Source of the DNA: Octopus vulgaris
Taxonomy: Eukaryota
Direction: 5' to 3'
Assembly: GCA_951406725.2 (NCBI GenBank)
Contig: OX597829.1
Location: 13,764,001-13,828,000 of the forward strand
Length of the DNA stretch: 64,000 nucleotides
The notes beneath the pieces were generated by a model. The model made no database searches and was not told where the DNA came from. It worked only from the letters and a program-made list of their open reading frames with translations. Shown here piece by piece: positions 45,432-59,863 of the stretch. Position 1 is the first letter of the stretch. Every line of letters starts with the position of its first letter. A program made the translations under genes and the position numbers.

Positions 45432-45984
45432 CCTGATGCAGTACCAGGCAGTGGCTCTCATGGCTTCTGATCTTAACTGATTGGAAGTGTCATCATGTAC
45501 CTTGTTTTGTCTTGGTATAAAAGATGGGCTACAGCAAATATTCTGCTCAATACCACAGATTTTCTTGTCAGTTGTTTGACCTTAACCAGTTGAGCATGTC
45601 CCTTAGTGGCTGACGATATGTGCATTTCTGATCACGAGCAGAAGTAGTGGGGGAGCATCATAGCCATTTGTTGAGAGGGATTCTTTGGGGTTTGAATAAT
45701 TCACCTCTGGAAACATAGGTGGTTTTTTCAACATCCTTAAACAGCCCTTATTCAGGGACCGTTTGAGCGGGATGGGCTACTCAAACTGAAGAAAATTCTA
45801 ACTGGGCCCCACCTGCAAGGTCATGTGCTGTTTATCTTGATATGAGATCACCATCTCATGCACATATGGTTATGATGCATGTGCCTGGGGTACCCTTATC
45901 AGACGGGTAGTCATGATGGGTATATTGGGCTTCGTATATTTTACCCCAGTGTCACTTTGATGGCATGAACTAACTCTCTCACTC
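45432..45984. mobile_element. ~550-bp non-coding element inserted in (TAA)n, copy 1
   Basis: Repeated at 47594-48054 with the same boundaries; no credible ORF. Confidence 0.8.
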
Positions 45985-46616
<632 letters not shown>

Positions 46617-47086
46617 TGATATGACTGTCCCAATCGATATAAACGTATCTGTCAAGATCTACCAAAAACTGAGCAAATATAAAGATCTTGAAATAGAAAT
46701 CAGCAATATGTGGAACCTGAAGACTAAATCAATACCTGTTGTCAATACCTGTGCCTTGGGAATGATAGGAAAAGGGGCTGATAGCTACCTAACTCAGATA
46801 CCAGGAAACCCAAAAATAGCAGAAATTCAAAAGATGGTGCTCATGGGAACTGCTCATATCCTACGCAAAATACATTCTATGTAATCTCAAGGTTTAAAAC
46901 AAACATAATTTTCGATTTAAAAAAAAACAACTTTTTTTTTAGACATTCATTAGTACAACACCTCCTCCCAAATATATGGCACACTAGGCATAACAACAAC
47001 ATGAACTTCCAACCCTGTTGTCTCTTGAGGTCTCTGGGTGCGACTTGGAGCCAACTTGTACAAATATAAAGCAAAAGTCAAACATA

Positions 47087-47087
<1 letters not shown>
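46617..47087 (+). mobile_element. Dong/R4 family-1 3' fragment
   Basis: IDMTVPIDINVSVK..KLSKYKDLEIEI..MGTAHILRK; followed by (TAA)/(TGA)n to 47590. Confidence 0.88.
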
Positions 47088-47146
<59 letters not shown>

Positions 47147-47181
47147 TGATGATAATGATGATGATGATGATGATAATGATA

Positions 47182-47214
<33 letters not shown>

Positions 47215-47221
47215 GTGATGG

Positions 47222-47283
<62 letters not shown>

Positions 47284-47290
47284 GTGATGG

Positions 47291-47327
<37 letters not shown>

Positions 47328-47359
47328 AATAATAATAATAATGATGATGATGATGATGT

Positions 47360-47390
<31 letters not shown>

Positions 47391-47397
47391 AATAATG

Positions 47398-47486
<89 letters not shown>

Positions 47487-47490
47487 TAAC

Positions 47491-47593
<103 letters not shown>

Positions 47594-48054
47594 GCCCTGA
47601 TGCAGTACCAGGCAGTGGTTCTCATGGCTTCTGATCTTAACTGATTGGAAGTGTTATCATGTACATTGTTTTGTCTTGGTATAAAAGATGGGCTACAGCA
47701 AATATTCTGCTCAATACCACAGATTTGCTTGTCAGTTGTTTGACTTTAACCAGTTGAGCATGTCCCTTAGTGGCTGACGATGTGTGCATATGAGATAACG
47801 AGCAGAAGTCATGGGGGAGCATCATAGCTATATGTTGAGAGGGATTCTTTGGTGTTTTTATTCAAAGATATTTTTGAGTAGCATGGGCCACTTAACATGA
47901 AAAAAGTCTTATTGAGCTCCACCTACAAGGTCATCTTATGTTTATCTTGATATGAGATCCCATGTCGTGCACATATAATTGTGATACATGTGTCAGGTGA
48001 ACCCTTATAAGGTGAGTAGTCATGACGGTTATATTGGTCGTTGCTCTCTCACTG
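47594..48054. mobile_element. ~550-bp-family non-coding element, copy 2 (internal deletions)
   Basis: Homologous to 45432-45984; TAA on both sides. Confidence 0.8.
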
Positions 48055-48250
48055 AATAATAACAGAAAATATTGACATTCCTATTTTGCCCCCAAGAACT
48101 CATGTTCTACCAGGAAGTGTTTTGAAAAAAGTGGTTAGAAAGGCTTGAAGTAGTAGAGCAACATGTGGTATTGTATTATTAAATTATTTTAAGTTACACA
48201 AATAAAGGAATGAATGGATACTCACAAAAATATACTCAAATATATATATA

Positions 48251-48681
48251 TAAATTAAGAAATGGTGTCAAACGCAGGTGATATTGAAATATTTATACTT
48301 CCGACATATGTTTCGAAGAAAACATTAATATTATTCCGGAGGGAATGAAATGATGTAAAACAATGCAGTCATCTCGTCAGGAAAAGAAAAAGAGAAACAA
48401 AACATCAATAAGCCATTTTTACTGAATGTGATTACTGCATATATGATAAAGGGGAACGCTGGCAAGGTATTTTTTAGCGTTCCCCTTTATCATATACGCA
48501 GTAATCACATTCAGTACAAATGGCTTATTGATGTCTTTGTTTTCTCTTTTTTTTCCTGACGAGATGACTGCATTGTTTTACATCATTTTATTCTCTCCGA
48601 GAATAATATCAATGTTTTCTTAGAAACATTTGCCGGAAGTATGAAGAATAACACCTGCGTTTAACTCCATTTCTTAATTTA
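48251..48681. mobile_element. Head-to-head foldback (~205-bp arms) with a hammerhead motif in each arm
   Basis: Imperfect inverted arms around ~48468; abuts (TA)n on the left. Confidence 0.85.
48298..48385 (-). ncRNA. Type-I hammerhead ribozyme motif, canonical core, long helix II insert
   Basis: RNA: UUUUC CUGACGA GAUGAC...UUC GAAAC AUAU GUC^ GGAAG; palindromic helix III ACAUAUGU; the + strand twin (48551-48639) has GUC changed to GCC and a helix II base change. Confidence 0.7.
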
Positions 48682-48834
48682 TGTTATACAAAAAACATTT
48701 CACTTAAGCCTGGAATTTTTACCTTTATAAGTAGCCTGTAACATCCTTGCACTTACGTGAATTTTTGCCTCCCTGGTAACAATTTATTTATTTTTACCGT
48801 GTTATTTGTACACATTGCAAAAATACATAAACCT

Positions 48835-48866
<32 letters not shown>

Positions 48867-49120
48867 TATATGTATGCATATATGTATACATATATATACA
48901 CATACACACACATATACACGCACACACAAACACACACGCACACACTCATCTCTTTGTATATCAGCCAATTTTCTCTTACTATGATTTCTGTTTCTTCGTT
49001 TCCTTTCTTCTAGCTAGCTACAACGAAGTAGTGTTTCAGGATTGATTTGTAGAAATCTTCAAGATTTGCATGTCCGCTAGGTCCTACCCGAACAAATGTT
49101 ATTTTGCATCACTTTGGTGC

Positions 49121-49193
<73 letters not shown>

Positions 49194-49332
49194 ACCTGCA
49201 CTGAGGCGGCGAAGATTATCATATCGCACCCAGGCCAGGGATTTCACATAACTGCTAAAGTGAAAGTCTTCAGGAGTAGAGAGAGTAGCTGATTTTCATT
49301 AACACAGTATCTCTCAAATATTATCGAAATGA

Positions 49333-49369
<37 letters not shown>

Positions 49370-49379
49370 ACATACATAC

Positions 49380-49453
<74 letters not shown>

Positions 49454-49462
49454 ATATACACA

Positions 49463-49561
49463 CGACGGACTTCTTTCAGCTTCCGTCTACCAAATTCACT
49501 CGCAAGTCTTTGGTCGACTCGAGGCTATAGTAGAAGACGCTTGCCCAAGGTGCCACACGCA
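49463..49561 (-). mobile_element. SINE core fragment
   Basis: gacggacttctttcagcttccgtctaccaaattcactcgcaag...cccaaggtgccacacgcag. Confidence 0.75.
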
Positions 49562-50194
49562 GCTTGAGCATCTTTCTCATCATCATCATCATCTTCATCA
49601 TTATCATCATCATCATCATCATCGTTTTCATCATTGTCATCACCATTATCACCCTTTGTGGAGAAAGCAGTTTAACCTTGAAAATATTTTGTTGATTTAA
49701 AAGCAATCCGCATGAAATAGGATTCGGTCTAACAGTTATGTATGACAAGAAGTAAACTTCTTCCTAAACTCGTATTCCCCAAACTTCATTTTTTTTCTTT
49801 TTTAAACACCAGAAGAAAGAGAATGTTGCTGTTAATAACGAAACAAAGCTAAAACAGTTAACCCCTGAAGACGTATTCGCAGAGTTTGTTTATCAAGCGA
49901 TAGATATACCAGCCAATGTGTATAGCGTTGAAGGCTCATGCTCTCTTCTATTGCAAAACATCAAAAGCTGTTGTAGGCATCGGAGCGAACTACCACTAGA
50001 TTTCAAAATGGAATTGACTCGACCGTTATGTAGAAATAATACTTTTCTGTTTACATGTGTCGTTCTACGCATCACTAACGTTTTACAGCACCGGCTACGT
50101 CACATAATGCAAAAGAAAAAATCATTATAATTTTTTTAGTTGTTATTGGTCTTATTATTGTTGTTGATTTTGCAGTCATTATTTTTATTACTAT

Positions 50195-50208
50195 TAATAA
50201 TAGTAATG

Positions 50209-50293
<85 letters not shown>

Positions 50294-50304
50294 CAATGAT
50301 AATG

Positions 50305-50403
<99 letters not shown>

Positions 50404-50610
50404 GTAATCATAATAATAATAATTTTTCCTTTTTTTTTTCTGGTTAGCTCTTTCCTCTCCAGTGAGGTGATAGAGGTAGGGGCTATAAAACTTTCATTGC
50501 CTGTTTGTTTAGACCGGACTTCCGCATATGTCAGCGATGAAAATAATGACAACGACAATAACAACAACAATAATAATGATGATGATGATGATGATGATGA
50601 GATGATGATG

Positions 50611-50677
<67 letters not shown>

Positions 50678-51014
50678 TAATAATAATAATAATAATAATA
50701 GTGATAATAATAATAATAATAACAACAACAACAACAAAAATAACAATAACAACAACAACAGCAACAAAAATAACAATGATAGTAATAATAATGCTAAATG
50801 AATAAATATTTACAATAAAAGAAAATTAAATAAATACAACCAAAATCAAAACCGTGCTGTGGAAGAAGTGTCCAGGAATTATCATAGTGTTTAATTAAAG
50901 GGAATGTTTTTTTGATCTCTCTTTTATTCCGTTAGATAGATTGAAGAATTTATTATTGTACTTGTCCTGCTATCGGTGTTTTAATTATTGTTATTGTTAT
51001 TGTTGTTATTATTA

Positions 51015-51088
<74 letters not shown>

Positions 51089-51128
51089 GTTATTGTTGTT
51101 GTTGTTGTTGTTATTATTATTATTATTA

Positions 51129-51192
<64 letters not shown>

Positions 51193-51195
51193 CAT
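50195..51195. repeat. (TAA)n/(TGA)n/(CAA)n arrays followed by an oppositely oriented (TTA)n array
   Basis: Directly visible. Confidence 0.92.
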
Positions 51196-51359
51196 TGTCG
51201 ATACTTGGTCAAAAGAAGTCATTATCGTTCGTATTATATTGTATACTTTACCATTGGGGACGATGTTGTATACTTGTGCGTATGCATGCATATGATATAT
51301 ATGTTCTTATGCACATATGCATATATAAATACACATATTAATACATATATAAATATACG

Positions 51360-51392
<33 letters not shown>

Positions 51393-51487
51393 AATTATAT
51401 ATATATATATATACGTATATAAATATAAGTATATATATATATACGTATATACGTATATATATATATATATATATATATATACGTATA

Positions 51488-51544
<57 letters not shown>

Positions 51545-51911
51545 GCCTGAATGTATGTATATATTATATATAAACACATGTAATCATATATAAACATACA
51601 TGTATGTATGTACATATATAATTACATATATACATACAGACAGACATACAAATATACATATATACATACGTATATACATACATACATACATACATGAAAA
51701 CGTGCAAATATATACGCATACCCAACATACATACACATAAATATACATACACATATACATACATACATACATGTATGCATGCATACATACATACGTACGT
51801 ACATACATACATGCACACATACATACATACATACATACATACATACATACATACATACATACATACATACGTATAGTTAGACAGACAGCCTGACTAATAG
51901 ATAGATAGATA

Positions 51912-54900
51912 GATAAGTTTCTTTATTGGCCACACAGGGCTGCACACAGATGGGACAGTTTACAAGGTAGAGCTTTTCTTTTGGGGGATGAAAAAAACAA
52001 AAAAACAAAAAGAAAAGAAACAAAAAGAAGGTGGCGGTATGTTTTCGATCAAAAGGGATCGTAAAAGGGAAAAAAAAGAACAAGAAATAAAATGAAATAA
52101 AAAAAGAAAAAAAGAAAGAAAAGGAAAAGGAACAAAAAGAAAGAGAAATGAAAAAAAAAAGAATAAGGGGGAAAAAGGGGGAGAGGAAGAAAAAACGATC
52201 AATAGGGATCGTGTATCACAGTGTTATGATGTATGGTGTAAAGAGGAAAGCAACTAAGGTTTATCCGTGGGAAGAAAAGCCGACGAAAAAGACCACGGTA
52301 ACCTTGGTCAATATTGTTATATGTTACCACATTTGTTTGCAAGTGGGGGTAATCCTCTGTTTTCAATTTCTGGGTTCATAGGATTATGCTCAAGGTGGCT
52401 TCGTCATTCATACGTGCCATCCTTGCTACATTCACCCATCTTTTTTTAAAACTTTCGCTAGACAAAACTTGCCTCTCTACTCTCACTTTCCTTTTCAAGT
52501 GGTACTTGATGAAGTTGATGAGAGATTGACCAGAGAGGAAAGAGTTTGTCTCCAATCCTTTCAGACGCGTCCACCAGATACATTCTTTCGTCATAGCCAC
52601 AAGGATGATGAAAATAGCTCTTCCTTCCCGTTTGAAGGAAGGAGGCGTGACAATATTGACGCAATAGACTCGGCTGATAAAACAACTCGTCCACACGTGA
52701 CAGCAGTTGTTCGACATAAACCCTCAGGTCGGAGATTGTTGGACACTGCACGATTGCGTGCAGAACGGTTTCGTCGCTCTGGCCGCACCTCGTGCAGGTC
52801 GGCCCCGTGTTTCTCGAGCTGTGTCTGTAGAGCTTATCCCGAACGAGTAGCGCTTCTCGGTAGCACTGCCAGACCAGGGATCTCTGCAAGTTGTCCATAG
52901 GCTCTGGCTCGAAAGTCTGAACAGGCGGGTCAGGTATTCCTCGTCGATGTCCAGGTTCGCCCCAAGATCGGCGTCGTACCTCCCCTCCACTAATCCCCTA
53001 TAGAATACTTGGGTTGTGTTGAAGTCACTCACGGTCGACTCTGGACGGCAGAGGTACTTGAGAGCGACGCGACAATCGCGTTGCCATTCGCCCTCTCTCG
53101 GACAATTTTTTGATCCACGACTACCCAGTTCGGTCACGGAGACGAGTTACGGGAACGCCTGCCTCACAAGCAGCGACCACACCTGTTCACCGTCGTCTAC
53201 GAAGAGCCTGAGATGTTGCAGTCTCAGCGCGTGTCTGCACATCATCACCCACCTTATGCCCGTCCTCATTTAAACGGGTGTTGATCGCCTGACCATCGTG
53301 GCGCATCCTTTCCACAAGATGCGAAAGAGAATGCGTTCTAGTTTGGTGATGGTAGGGTCGGGACAAGGCACGACGGTCAGGAGGTAGTAGATCACGGACG
53401 CGATGTACGTGTTCGCCACCTCCGCCCGACCTTTTAGGGACAGTTTCCTCTCGGCCCATTGCCTGGTGAGAGGGAACACCCTACTCGTTATCTCGTTCTA
53501 GTTGGAAGTCCGGACCAAACCAAACTCCGAGCAACTCGACCGGACCGTCGGTCCAGCGGCCCACGACGGAGGCGCTGGTGTATGGCCCACTGACTTTTCC
53601 CGGTTGATTTTCGCTCCTGTCACCGCTTCTTAGTTTTTCAGTCTCACCGACCAGCTCGATGTGCTCGTGGCTAGAAACTATGACGGTGACGTCGTCAGCG
53701 TATGCAGACACGCTCGTCCCGCATCCCAATTCTCGCAGGATGCCCCTCAGAGTTGCCAGCTTCCACAATAATGGCTGGAGAGTCAATACGTCTTGAAGCG
53801 ACGAGAGGGGGCATCCCTGACGGACCGAACGTGCAACGTCGAAAGGTCTCGATAGATGTCCATTTTCACGAAGTACTGAACGGATGCCTCTGTACAAAGA
53901 GGTTATCCAGCCGCGGAAGACGGGACCAGAACCAGCCGCTCTGAGGACAGCCTCCAATTATTGATGGTCCACCCTATTGAAAGCTTTCGATTGATCCAAA
54001 TTGATCAGCGCCCCACCCATGCCGTGTTCCTTAACTACCCTATCTATGATGTAGCGCATCAGATGGAGGATGTCATGGATGTTCCGGCCCGGCACGGCGC
54101 ACGTTTGCGCCTTGTCGAACAGTTTCTCGATGACAAGCGCCAACCTCTTGGCTAACACCTTGGCCAAAATTTTGAAGTCTGCATTAAGCAGAGTAATGGA
54201 ACTAAAGTTGTCAATTACATTCCCCTTGTGTAGATCTTTCTTCAGCAGTGTTACGGCTCCTTGGCTCGAAAAACCAGGAATACTCCCGTTTAGCTGCAGT
54301 ACACCGCCGCCAAGATGTCTCCAAAGAAGTCTGTCATACAACTCGTAGTAAATCTCGTAGTGTAGACCATCCAAACCCGGAAATTTGTCCCTCGAGCATT
54401 CTGCCATCGCGTCCCGCACTTCCGCTGCCGTGATGGCACCTTCGCAGAGCACTACCTCTTTTGTCGAGAGTCGTGGTAGGCTGTGTAGGTAGGCACTGAA
54501 GTCCATCCTACGTTCATGCCCGCCACTCGTCCCGAAAAGTTGGGCAAAATGCGGTTGCTCCATGTCCACGTTGGCGCATTCGGGTGGTCTAGTCGGTACC
54601 TGTCAGACAGTTGAAAGCCTCTGAGCAGGTCTCTGAGGCATTTGCATCCCCGTCTGCCCACGTAGTCTACATGCGTGTCCAAGATAGCATTCCAATCCTC
54701 CACTAAGAGTAAAGGACGAGACGTTCCCAAGAATATTTCTAGACATTGAAAGAAATCCGCCCGACCTGTTAAGTGCAGTGCGTAGACTGATACGAGTCGA
54801 AAAGCGCACCCATTGCTGCCGTCAACATCCAGGACGACCAGTCTACCCTCCGGTTCTACGAATATTGTCTTTACTTTGAGATCAAGACTCTTGCGAAAAA

Positions 54901-57077
54901 GTACCGCGGTGCCACTACCGCCCATTCTTGGCAGACAGGGGGAAAATAAATGTTGAACTGTCCGCCAAACATGGTCTTTAGGTCCCAAGGATTGTGGAGT
55001 CTGGTCTCAATTATGACTATGATTTCTTACTTGTGTCATTTAAGAGGTACCCTTGTTTCCCAGAGGACCCCAAGCCACGGGCATTTACACAACCAATCTT
55101 GATCATAATCCTAGTGAATTAGAATACAAGCGAAAGGAACAGAGTGTTACTTACTGCTCGAAAGTTTTGCTTTCTTCTCCTTTGGTTTGTCCTCGAGGAG
55201 ATCCCAGTAAAATTTCTTTGTGAGGTATTTTTGGCATTTACCAACCGCACTGGGGAAAATGCCTTTTACTGTGTGGTGCAGACTTTTGGAGATGTGTAAT
55301 ATTTTGATGTGGTCTGGTGGTGTTGTGTATGGGTGATTGTTTGTTTTTATGTCATCTTCTGTTATGTTTGTTTTAGATTTGATGTATTCCATCAAATTTG
55401 TGTTTTTGGTGTCTGTGAGCTGTGAGCATGTTTGCTGTATATATTTTTGTGGTGTTGGTGTGGCTGTTGTTTTTGTTGGGTTTCGAAATGTCTTCGGGAG
55501 ATGTATTTCCCCCTGCTTTGTTTGTGTTTGCATTGGGTTTGGTTGTGTTTCTGCTCTTTATTTTCCTTCCTTTTCTAGCTATCTACCATTCCTTGTTGGT
55601 TTCGTCTTCCGACGAAATTTCTGAGGATTCAGAAGTGGGTAGGGACATGTTGTAGGCTTCTATGTATGTCTGCGCAAGTGGTTGTGTTGTTGTTTTCGTT
55701 GCTGTTGGTTGTTGAGTGTTTGTGTGTGTTGAATGCGGTATAGGGGATGGGGAATCAGTTTTTGTATATTTTTTGTTTTTCTGTCCCCTTGGTTCTTGCT
55801 GTTGTTGGTGGTGTTGGTATTTTCTCATGTGTTTTTTCAGGTGTTGAATAATTTTTGGTTGGTAATGGATTCGCTTGGTGTGCTTCTCTTGTCGTCTTCT
55901 GTGTTGATGGTGGTGTGGGTAGTTGTGCTTTTTTCTCGGAGTGTTTTGGTTGTGGTAGTGGTTGTTGTTGCTCTTGTTGTGTAGTGGTTGGACACTTCTT
56001 TTTCAAGTGTGTTTCGCTTCCACACAAATAGCAACGTTGTCGCCTGCCCTCTACTACTACATACAGTTTGTAGCCTTCTGTCAGTTCTATAGTTGTAGGT
56101 ATCTTTTCTCTTGTCTTTTCATCCAATAGGAGAAGGAATTGGTTTGATTTTCCCACCCAGTTTTTCTGTTCTAGAATAACGATTTCAAGAATGTTTGTCT
56201 CTGCCATTTCAAAGCAGATGGCAGAAACTAACCATTGTATTTCGACTCCAGGTGGTACATTTTTATTTGCATTTCGTCACCCTCTGGCCTAAATAAGTTG
56301 GTATCATCACCAAATCGTCTGAATGCAGCTCCAATGTGGAACATCATTTTACTAGATTTTCGTTGTGGAAACGTACTTGGATTGTGCCAAATTTATTTCC
56401 CCATCTAATATACTCCTTTGAATCCCATGCAGGACGAAGGCATTTTTCAATTTTTCCTGCGGTGCATTTTTTGGTTGTCTTGTTTTCTTGTTGATGTCTT
56501 TGTAAAGTGTTGTTTTTAGTGTGTGTTTTCCACGATGTGTTGTGGAATGTGAAGATGCAATTTATCCCCTTTTGTGAAGAGTGCTTTTGTGAGGTTTATT
56601 TCATGTGTGGCGAATTTTACGATTGTCCGTTTTTGTTTTGTCGCTTCCGTAATTTCGTTTTAATTTTGGTGATGTTAACAGCAGAGGAGTTAGTTGTAGC
56701 GGTTGAAGTTGTGGTAGTGGTGTTGGCGTTGGCGGTGTTGTCTTTGGTAGGAGGTTTTGTGCTGATTTCGTTGTTGTTGTTGTTGGTAGTGATAGTGGTG
56801 GTGCTGGCATCCATGTTTGCGTCTGCATTCGTTTTTGAAATCCCTTTCTCCGTCCTTCTTTCATCGACAAGTGGTGTAGGGAGTGGGGGAAAATCTAAGT
56901 TAATGTCTTTGGTGGAGGCGATGGTGAATGGTCTTACGACGTTAGTTTTGTTGTTGTTGTTGGTGGTGGTGGTGGTGGCGATAGCGGTGTTCAAGCTGCG
57001 AGGTTTAGCAGCTTATGGCAGCAATAGTGTTTCGCTACCGTTCTGCATTACTGGCGGGCTAGCCACGTGGTTTCTAG
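51912..57077 (-). mobile_element. Tx1/L1-clade copy 3, near full length, degenerate
   Basis: ORF1 from ~57000 (DFPPLP, CYLCGSETHLKKKC); APE start at ~55106; RT AYADD; C-terminal CTRCGQSDETVLHAIVQC; 3' end AATAAAGAAACTT joins (ATCT)n. Confidence 0.92.
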
Positions 57078-58442
57078 TTGCCCCTCAGAGTCGCCAGCTT
57101 CCGCAGTAGTGGCTCAAGAGTCAATACGTATAGAAGCGCCGAGAGGGGCATCCCTGACGGACCGAGAGTGCAATGTCGAAGGTCTCGAGAGATGNNNNNN
57201 NNNNNNNNNNNNNNNNNNNNNNNNNNNNNNNNNNNNNNNNNNNNNNNNNNNNNNNNNNNNNNNNNNNNNNNNNNNNNNNNNNNNNNNNNNNNNNAGTGCA
57301 ATGTCGAAAGGTCTCGAGAGATGTCCATTCACGCGAATTACCGAACGGATGCCTCTGTACAAGGCAGCTATCCAGCCGCGGAAGACGGGACCGAAGCCAG
57401 CCGCTCTCAGGACTGCCTCCAAGTATCGATGGTCTACCCTATCGAAGGCTTTCGATTGATCCAAGTTGATCAGGGCCCCACCCATGCCAGGTTCGTTAAC
57501 TACTCTGTCTATGATGTAGCGCATCAGATGGAGGTTGTCATGGATGCTCCGGCCCGGCACGGCGCACGTTTGTGCGTTGTCGACCAGTTTCTCGATGACA
57601 AGCGCCAACCTCTTGGTTAACACGTTTGTCAAAATTTTCAGGTCTGCATTGAGCAGAGTGATTGGTCTAAAGTTATCTATAATGTTCCCCTTGTTTGGTT
57701 CTTTCTTCAGCAGTGTTACAGCTCCTCGACTCACAAAACCGGGTATGCTCCCGTTTTGCTGCCAGTTGCAGTATACCGCAGCCAAAACGTCTCCAAACAA
57801 GTCTGGCATACAATTGTAAAACTCGCAGGGCAGACCATCCAAACCCGGTGATTTGTCTCTCGAGCATTCTGCCATCGCGTCCTGCACATCCGCCGCCGTG
57901 ATGGCACCTTCGCAGCACTCTGCCTCTCTTGCCGAGAGTCGTGGCAGGCTGTGCAGGTAGGCCCTGAAATCCACCCTGCGTTCACGCTCACCACTCGTCC
58001 CGTACAGTCGGGCAAAGTGCCGCTGAAATGTCTCGCACATCTTGCTGGGCTCGAGCAATTCGCGCCCTTGTTCATCTACCAGAGACCGAATGGTGGCTTT
58101 GTTGCCCTGCTGCGCCTCCGCCACCCGGGCCTCTCTCGCGGCTCCAACACCTTCGTTCCTTAGCGCACGCATCCTAGCTCTGACAGCACATCCATCGTGT
58201 TTGGCGTTGAAGTGTTGGTCGAGGGCCAACCTCGCCGCCAAAACGTCGGATTTGATGCCGCTTCTAATTGCCTCTTCTAGCTTCTTAACTAGCTTACCCT
58301 CTACTCTATTTCTATCTATGGCTAGTGCTTTGCTGTACCTAATCGCTTCTGCTTTTACTGCTCTCTTGAGGGCAAACCACCATTTGTTGTTGACAATGGC
58401 TCCCGTTAAAGCCCTTTTTACTAACGTGTTGATTCTGTCTCT

Positions 58443-58444
<2 letters not shown>
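57078..58444 (-). mobile_element. Tx1/L1-clade copy 4, RT-region fragment spanning an assembly gap
   Basis: ORF 57114-58241 with KSPGLDGLP, FRPITLLNAD and DQSKAFDRVDH; 5' truncation joins (GATA)n at 58445. Confidence 0.9.
57195..57294. other. Assembly gap (100 N)
   Basis: N run; ~28 bp are duplicated on both sides of it. Confidence 0.99.
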
Positions 58445-58479
<35 letters not shown>

Positions 58480-59554
58480 AGAGGGAGGGAGAGAGAAAGA
58501 AAAAAGAATTACAAAGAAAGAAAGAAAGAAAGAAAGAAAGAGCAAGAGAGTTTCCTTATAGCTTCTTACATTGACATTTAGGCTTCTTTGTCAATATTGA
58601 ACCCAATTGAAAGTTGCATATTGTATACATTTACATACATAGACACTTATATGGTGTGCATATATATGTATGTGTGCGTGTGCGAGCGTGCGTGTGTGTG
58701 TCTTACAACTCCAAATATCAAGAGCTACAATTATTTTTAGAAAATCAATTGCGGAAACTATGAAATATAACTACTACAACATATATAGAAAGATTAAATA
58801 GAGCGACAGAAGTATTATTAATACTAAAAGTTAAGACATTCACCACGTTAAAGTGGATGTTGCAATATTTACTCAGAGAGAAAACTCTCATATGGTCATT
58901 TGGTGCTTAAAAGCACATCATAGCTATTGCCAGCAACAGACTCTCACCGCTACTTCCGCTGACCTAACTACCAGATCACGTGATTTCGGCTTATTTTGAC
59001 CTTGTACTCGTTCACCTTTCTGAGCATATTTGTTCATATGACTATCTATGGCGTTACTGAAAACTTCTTTTTATGAAGTAAAATAGTTGAAATATCGACG
59101 CGGTTATCATCAAATCCTAGTTTTTTCTTTAATGCTCGACTATAAATACTCCTGTTTGTATTATTCGCTTACACAATTAGTGCAGAAATGAGCAGAAATG
59201 GTTCTGCGATGATTGGAAGTATAAATAAAACTTACAAGAAGAAGGAAGTTGAAAACATAGTAAGAACCTCGTTCACTGATAAAATAATTTGTTTGTTTCT
59301 GACTAAGTGCAAAAGAGAAAATGTGGTGTCGCTGGATATACTCAGGTCCTCCAAATATTATAAGAACGAAGGCTGGAATTTACCTTGAGATAGAAATCCA
59401 CATTTGCTGTTGGTTGCGTTTGCCACCAGGTTCGTCTTCTACTGAAACGAAGATAATTTCAATCAATCAAAAGTTATTCTTTTGATTTTATATACTTTTA
59501 TGTGTTTATTTCGAAGCTGGTAATATATATGTATATATGTATGCATATAGGTAG

Positions 59555-59711
<157 letters not shown>

Positions 59712-59863
59712 TGTGTGTGTGTATATATACACACATACACAGACATAACAGAAGTAAATAGACTTCCCCATAAAACATCGTTTTATGTTTATTCTAGTTC
59801 TAGCTTTATATTTTTCATTAATAGACATTTTTATGTTTCAAGTCCTATATGTGACTATTTAAT

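Noticed and set aside
56507-57109. 200-aa hydrophobic + strand ORF
   Set aside because: Antisense shadow of the Thr/Asn-rich Tx1 ORF1
58950-58985. ETS-like ACTTCCG and E-box ATCACGTGAT as a promoter
   Set aside because: Short motifs are expected by chance; no independent evidence for a start site
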